A DNA stretch of 64,000 nt, taken from Psilocybe cubensis (taxonomy: Eukaryota). The stretch's first letter is position 1, and each line of letters opens with the position of its first letter. The translations under genes and the position numbers were made by a program. The notes beneath the pieces were generated by a model. The model searched no databases. It was given only the letters and a program-made list of their open reading frames with translations, and was not told where the DNA came from. This document shows positions 57,432 through 64,000 of this stretch, one piece after another. Location of the stretch: contig CM039006.1 in NCBI GenBank assembly GCA_017499595.2, forward strand, positions 1,984,001-2,048,000. Direction: 5' to 3'.

Positions 57432-57806
57432 CGAGCGGGCGATGGTGCAAAAGAGGGGGGAGGAGGTGTGAAAGAGGGGGGAGGAGGGAAAGAGAAATTT
57501 GGAAGAGAAAAGATATTGAGTGAGATCGGAGACGAGAGACGACGAGCGAGGGCATATAGACAATGGAGAGAGCTAGTTAGAGAGTTAGAAGGAAGAATGA
57601 ATGGCGAGGGGAGGAGGACTGACCGAATAGAGAGGAAAGGAGGTGATAGAGGCCACTTGAGACTGGGTCTTGAGCAGGCCACATATCAGGTCGTGACTGG
57701 ATGGATCCATATCACGAATAGCACTAGGGAGTGGGCCGCAGGATGTAGACTCGAAACCGAAACCGAAATTTCAGCCAGGAGCCTGAAATTTAAAGTGGGG
57801 GGGAGA

Positions 57807-58092
57807 TGTAGGGATTTGGATACGCGTGCGCGCGACGCGACTCACAACAAACACGTCACATGACGCTTGCGGACACACTCACTTGGCATCGTCGACGCCA
57901 TATGGCCACAGCATAGACGCGTAGTCAGTAGTTAGCACCTTACCGGAGACGTCGTTACACACCGAAGGACGTATCGAATCATATTTCCTATTTTTTTCCC
58001 ATCTCTTTCCGTGCTAAACACATAAATATCTACAAAACTCTGTCCGTACTCAGGCTACTTTGTCCTCTCTCGAACTCGCCCCCTTCCCTACA
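57807..58092 (+). repeat. 3' LTR
   Basis: Direct repeat of the 5' LTR, offset by 7800 bp. Confidence 0.97.
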
Positions 58093-59455
58093 GCGTACAA
58101 GTCAAACGCACAGTGCTTCTGAAAACCGAAACATGGCAGCGCAGTTAACCGTGAGCCTCGTTGAAGAATCGAAACAGGTTCAATTTATTTCGTTGGTACC
58201 CTATACGAAAGCGTTCGCTGTATGCGTGGTATAGTTACTATTAGGAAAACAGATTCATCACATGCCTTATCGAATAACCTGGGGCATGAAATGAGATTCG
58301 ACCATGCTTTTGCGATGCCCCAGATCTACAGGTCCCCAATAACTTTATCCAACACAGAGAACATGGTGGAGGTCTCCCCAGACAACGGAAATTCGGGTCT
58401 AGACTATTCTCGGTCGACTCCGGATGTACTGGCAGAAAAAAAGAGAAATATTGTTCAAAGAAATAAAATAAGCGTGTCTGTGCACCAATGGCATGAGTGG
58501 GTGCAGAAAAAGCGCGCATATATTTGATCTTGGAGCTTTATTTTAAGGTTTAGGCGATTCAGTGAAGAGCAGAAGCCGAAGCCTGTGGGTTGGGGTCGAA
58601 AACCAAGACAATCAACGATGATGCCTGGCGGTTGAGCAAAATTGATGGACAAAGTATCTAACGAGCGCCGGGGCAGCACTGTAGTATCTACCCACCGCTT
58701 TCGTGGGATAAGTAGTACAGCCCGGAAACCTTTTCCATGTATGACAGGCTTCAGAACGGTCGGACTCGGGCATCGTGTTCATGGCAGACCGTAGTGCGAC
58801 TGGCAGACGTGGACACCCGGACGGATTGGACCCTTGGGCGGCTTTCAATTTTCGAGATATGATATGAAATTTAGTGATTAATGACACCGGGGACGGAACA
58901 AAAACAGAAGAGACCAAGAACGCTAGCACGGTGGCGACAGCACAGAGCCAGCAAGGCTGGGGAGGACTCTACTGAGCATATGATTTGCAAGATGCAAGAA
59001 TTGGGGTTTGGGAAAAGCGACAAGCATGGAGCAGAGCAATAAAGGCAGACGCTGCCCTCCGAGTCGAGCTTGCCACAAACACATGCGAGCGGTCTGGGCA
59101 ATTGCCTTTTATGGACTCCCCAAAAATTAAGTGGCACGTGACGGACCATAGCGGTGTTAGTAGTGCTGAGGGGCGTTTATTGGCGCTTATTTCGTGGACA
59201 TTGTTGAGGACATTGGGCGCAACGGCGAGCTCGAGAGAGACAAACCGCATTGGCAATTCTCGGCGAACAAAAATCGCGAAAAGGGGGAAAATACAGGGTC
59301 GGGAGCTGTTTTTGGTGCATGATTGTTCAGAAACCCCGCACCGGAGAACGAATCCCCAAAAAATGTGACCATGACATAAATACCCAACCCGCCCAACTTT
59401 TTCTTCTGCTCACGCCCCTTTCATCCTTTCCTCCACGTCTTCGCCGTCGACAGCG

Positions 59456-61066
59456 ATGGGTCGCGTAGAAAAGTCAGAGTCCGTCCCCGACGTCGTCCCC
59501 TCCGACCTCAACATCCCCGACAACTACGTCCAGCACACCCTTACGACCACAAAGCCCCTCCCACCTTTCCGATGGTCAAATTTCATCAACGACCTTAACT
59601 GGCTCAATGTCTTTATTCTCTGCGTTACGCCCTTCCTCGGCCTCATCGGCGCCCTCACCACCAAGCTGCGCTGGGAGACATTCTGGTTCTCCATTTTCTA
59701 CTACTACTTCACTGGTTTGGGTATTACCGCCGGCTACCACCGTCTCTGGGCACATCGCTCGTACAATGCGTCTCTTCCTCTCCAGTATTTCCTCGCTATT
59801 GCCGGAGCTGGTGCTGTTGAAGGTTCTATCAAGTGGTGGTCAAGAGGTCACCGTGCCCACCATCGCTACACCGACACCGACCTCGACCCTTACAATGCCC
59901 ACAAAGGCTTCTTCTATTCCCACATCGGCTGGATGCTTGTTAAGCCCCGCCGCAAGCCCGGTGTTGCTGACGTTAGCGACTTGAGCAAGAACCCCGTCGT
60001 TCGCTGGCAACACAAGTACTACCTCCCCATGATCCTCATCGTCAGCTTTGTCATTCCCACTCTCATTCCCGGATATTTCTGGGGCGATTACAAGGGTGGA
60101 TATGTCTATGCCGGTGTCCTCAGATTGTGCTTCGTTCACCACGTGCGTTTTTTTTTTTTTTTTTTTTTTTTTGCTTTCCTATTTGTTCATTAGCTAAACA
60201 TTATCATAGTCGACTTTCTGTGTCAACTCCCTTGCTCACTGGCTCGGAAACTCGCCCTTCGATGACAAGCACACCCCTCGTGACCATGTCATTACCGCTC
60301 TTGCCACTATCGGTGAAGGTTACCACAACTTCCACCACCAGTTCCCCATGGACTACCGTAACGCCATCAAGTGGTACCAGTATGATCCTACCAAGTGGTT
60401 CATTTGGACGATGCAGAAAGTTGGGCTTGCTAGCCATCTCAAGGTATAATTTTTGTTTATCCTTACGCTAGTCCGGTTATTAAAGTCCACCCCAGGTCTT
60501 CCCTGAGAACGAAGTGCGCAAGGGTCAACTGACGATGGAACTGAAGAAACTCAAGGCGACTCAAGAGCGTCTTGCGTGGCCAACTGATAGCAGCGACTTG
60601 CCCGTTATCAGCTGGGAGAGTTGTATGTTCTTTCCATATCATTCCTTGGCGCCTACTAAAGTACCTATTTGTAGATCAAGAGCAAGCTGCCAAGCGCCCT
60701 CTGATTCTCATCTCAGGATTCATTCACGATGTTTCTACTTTCATCGACGAACACCCTGGAGGTCCTCACTTGTTGGTCAAGTTCATTGGCAAAGACGCTA
60801 CGACGGCATTCTTTGGCGGTGTATACGACCACTCCAATGCTGCTCACAACGTATGTCGTTTTCATTTTCATCATCATTCTTTACTTATCTACGCTTTCTA
60901 GTTGCTCGCCATGAAGCGTGTTGGTGTGCTCCATGGAGGTATGCGACAGGGATTGGACGACAAATCCATTCCTCCCAGTCAGCGACTGAAAATTGCACGA
61001 TATAACGAGCTGTCGCCGTATAATAGCAGTACAGCTTACTCGGATGGTGAGGGTATGCTCGGTTAA
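59456..61066 (+). CDS. OLE1: Delta-9 fatty acyl-CoA desaturase with C-terminal cytochrome b5 domain
   Basis: His boxes HRLWAH, HRAHH and GEGYHNFHH; b5 motif EHPGG; stop at 61064-61066. Confidence 0.95.
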
Positions 61067-61530
61067 TCGACCTCTCATTATTTTCGATGCAGTTGTCTGT
61101 TGCTCTTGGTCCTCGTAGTATATACATATTAACACAACTAGTAAAAGATGTTGAAAAAGTAGGAAGTCTGGTCACGATTAGTTGTATATTTTTTCTTTCG
61201 TTTCTTTTGTGACGTTGGAATTATTCAACCATACGAACCCATCACGTTCCACATCATCATACACAGAGCACACTATGATTTTTGAAAATGTAATCATTGT
61301 GTCGTTCGTTAGAATAGAAGATCACCACTTCTTTTTTTTTTCGGTGTGGATGATATGTTTTTTCTCCTTTTTATTCGCTCGGGACGTGACGGTTATTGTT
61401 GCATAGGAAGTAGAACATATAAAGGGAGGAGGTGGAGGGGGGGCAACTGTACTTATATACAATAAAACTGTTCAGTGCAGGATTACTTGGACGGATTTTG
61501 AATGGATTCTATCCTCCTAGAATTATCTTT

Positions 61531-62285
61531 ACACTGACCACCAAGCATTTGCACTGAGGGTGCACTGACATGCACTGACATACACTGACCTTCAGTGATG
61601 GTGCACTGACAATGCACTGACATTGTTTCTACCTTATAATCATGTTATGTTTTATTTCAAACAAAGAACACAATGGTAGGTAGGTAGACTGTATGAATTA
61701 CCTCCGGTCCATCAGCTGTCCCAAAGACCCGCTCAACTAGGGTGCTCCGATGGGACTTTTTAGTTCTTCATAGGGACGTCCTCCCTACTAAGAAACCGCA
61801 CCCCAAGCCAAGGCCAATATTTCAAAGCATTGTTGCGCCTGCAGCCAAGGATGATCCCAAATCATTGTCAAACAGTTGTCAAACAAGCATGTTGGATCAA
61901 TTATACACAGGGATACTCTGAGGCGCCTATCTAATGATTCCAGCATAATTCGCTTGATTTAGTACACCAGATCGTTACTTGAAAATGTAGAGAATATATG
62001 TCTACTTCTAGTATATCTTGTTATTTAGCCATGTCTGGCCCATAAATTCCGAGACTGTATGCTTTAATCCTCCCTAAGTTAACTTTCTCATGGCCCACAA
62101 CTTTCAATTTAACAAGTACAAACTTTACCACCACACGATGAACTAACCAATTCACTAACATAACCCAGGACGCACTGACACACCCTGACCAATTTATAGA
62201 TGATTGGAAACATGCACTGACATTGCCCTGACATCACTGCAGTTTGCGCTGACATCGCTGTGGTATGCACTGACATTTTCCAGTG
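61531..62285 (+). repeat. Two clusters of (TG)CACTGACA motifs (61531-61622, ~62150-62285), possibly a transposon remnant
   Basis: Repeated GCACTGAC(A) units in direct orientation; related CACTGAT units at ~63570-63598. Confidence 0.5.
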
Positions 62286-64000
62286 CCCGGAGGGGGGGGG
62301 GGGAGAGAAATTAGTGCCCATGTTGGAAGGCGTAGGTAGCCCATTCATGAATATCGACAAGTTGCACGATTGTAATGAAAATAACTTTTGTCGTATTTTT
62401 TTCTAGCTTGAAAATCATATGCGACTCTGCGAGGCGTGTTGTTGATACATCAAGAAGTCCGTTCACTTGGGATCATTTTCCTGGAAAGGTGGATCAGTAA
62501 ATATGTACCCCATATTGTGAGGTTCTTTATTCTATTTACATGCCGATTCAACGAAAATATGTAGATGTACGACTTACATGATTACGTCCCTGTACATATG
62601 TCAGATGTTCTTTATCTGTCTCTTTCGGACCGGTTCTGTGTGTGTGAGAGAAAACCCGAACGCGAGGTGCTGCTCGGTGATGCTGGGAGTCTGAGAGTCA
62701 ATAATTGGAATTTGAAGGGAAGCTTTGGGCATCGCTGGCATTTTTTTAAAGTTGGTTTGCATTTAGATTGTGGAGCTGGGATGTTACATTGAATGGGTGC
62801 GTTGCATGATTGAGGGTACATAATGTGGGGTACATGTGCGTTGGCCAGTTAGAATCGATGTATAGTTTTGAACAAGAAATGGCTGTGTATAGGTACTTTG
62901 TGGATAATCAATGGGCGTCCGTTTCTGTATTTCTTGAATGAGACTTCGGGTTATAAAAATTAAGGCATAATTATTGATTGGAATTTGGATGGCCTACAAG
63001 CGTACAAAAGATTTGCCACGACCGCCGAGTTTTTCGGTCATAAAATTCACATATTCTGCCCTGTTCAGCTTTGTTTCGGTCGCTCGGGTCTTCTTTCACC
63101 TCCACGGTAGCGGTATGTCACGAACGCAAGTACTGTAGAATATTTTATGCTCGTTAAGCGCACCTTTTAGTTAAATTGGTCTGTCTTTGGATGGTATCAT
63201 GTTGATTGTTTTCGAGAACAACGGTTCGACTAATTTCTCAGATAACTCGGATGCTAATGCAGCTCATCGAAAGCTGTATCTAAAAATAACTTTTTCGAGA
63301 TTTTAGCTATTTTTCCACAAAAAACATTGAATCTGAAGATTCAACCGCTAGTTAGAATCGATGAACGAGCTCCGTTACTTCATATTACAGGCCCCTTAGG
63401 TATTTGAAGACATGTTCCAGCATGGTCACCATAATTGACGGATGTAGCCCGGATAAATTTGGACGTCTTGGATTATCCGCAGTGACTGTACTCAAACTAT
63501 ACATTAGAACAAATTGAAGGCGATAAACTGACTAAACAGTTACCTTATTCTTCAGAAAAAGGCGATCTACACTGATCTGCACTGATCTGCACTGATCGAA
63601 ATCTTTTGACGCATGGTCTTCCCGTCCAGTTAATTACATCATTCTGACTCCCTGTAGATGCATGGTATGTGGCATGGCCGCTGGCCGAGAAGTGAAGGCA
63701 TGCTTTAGATAGTACAGAAGTCATGGGTGTTGATTGAGTGTATTGTTTTGAAACTAAAATCTCATGCTACGATGAGAATCATATCTATTCTCAACTGTTG
63801 AAGTGCTAATAAAAGCTTATCGAAGTCGTAATTTTTGCCTTTGCTTATAACGGAGAACTCAAAGGGCTACATGAAACTACACAGTCGATGATGTCATATG
63901 TGAGCGCTCAACGGTTTATACAATTTATTTCAGGTGTGTTTTACACCGTTTACGTCAAACTGGCAGGAACGATAGTTATGCCACTTGAAGATCGATTTCA

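Larger units (their letters stand above)
50007..58092 (+). mobile_element. Full-length Ty3/Gypsy LTR retrotransposon
   Basis: 286-bp LTRs (50007-50292, 57807-58092) with TGTAGGGA...TCCCTACA ends; TSD GCGT; polypurine tract AAAGTGGGGGGGAGA before the 3' LTR; single gag-pol ORF. Confidence 0.97.

Noticed and set aside
60147-60172. Long poly-T run
   Set aside because: Lies in the first OLE1 intron; a simple homopolymer.
62503-62835. Possible MITE with 17-bp imperfect inverted ends (ATGTACCCCAYATT)
   Set aside because: Short, mismatched and without a TSD; insufficient evidence.

Overview
Intron-rich eukaryotic DNA, most consistent with an agaricomycete (mushroom-forming basidiomycete) genome. 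It holds about 16 protein-coding genes: two paralogous P450s, mitochondrial IleRS, a K+/H+ antiporter, ProRS, a small secreted protein, CYP51, a GMC oxidoreductase, an RTA1-like protein, a C2-NACHT-WD NLR-like gene, a 2-hydroxyacid dehydrogenase, a B-type cyclin, mitochondrial uS15, two membrane proteins, an ABM-like protein and a delta-9 desaturase. It also holds tRNA-Asp(GUC) and U6 snRNA. Three mobile elements stand out. The first is a ~0.9-kb non-autonomous element carrying 12 palindromic 14-mers on a strict 35-bp period plus telomere-like repeats (Helentron/DINE-1-like layout). The second is a 1.4-kb foldback element with 183-bp TIRs and a 9-bp TSD. The third is an intact 8.1-kb Ty3/Gypsy element with identical LTRs. 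CYP51 is bracketed by an inverted copy of the neighbouring P450 3' end and sits in a possible sterol-related cluster (P450-CYP51-GMC-RTA1). Gene spans run from start to stop and include introns. Exon structures were inferred by eye and no database searches were run.
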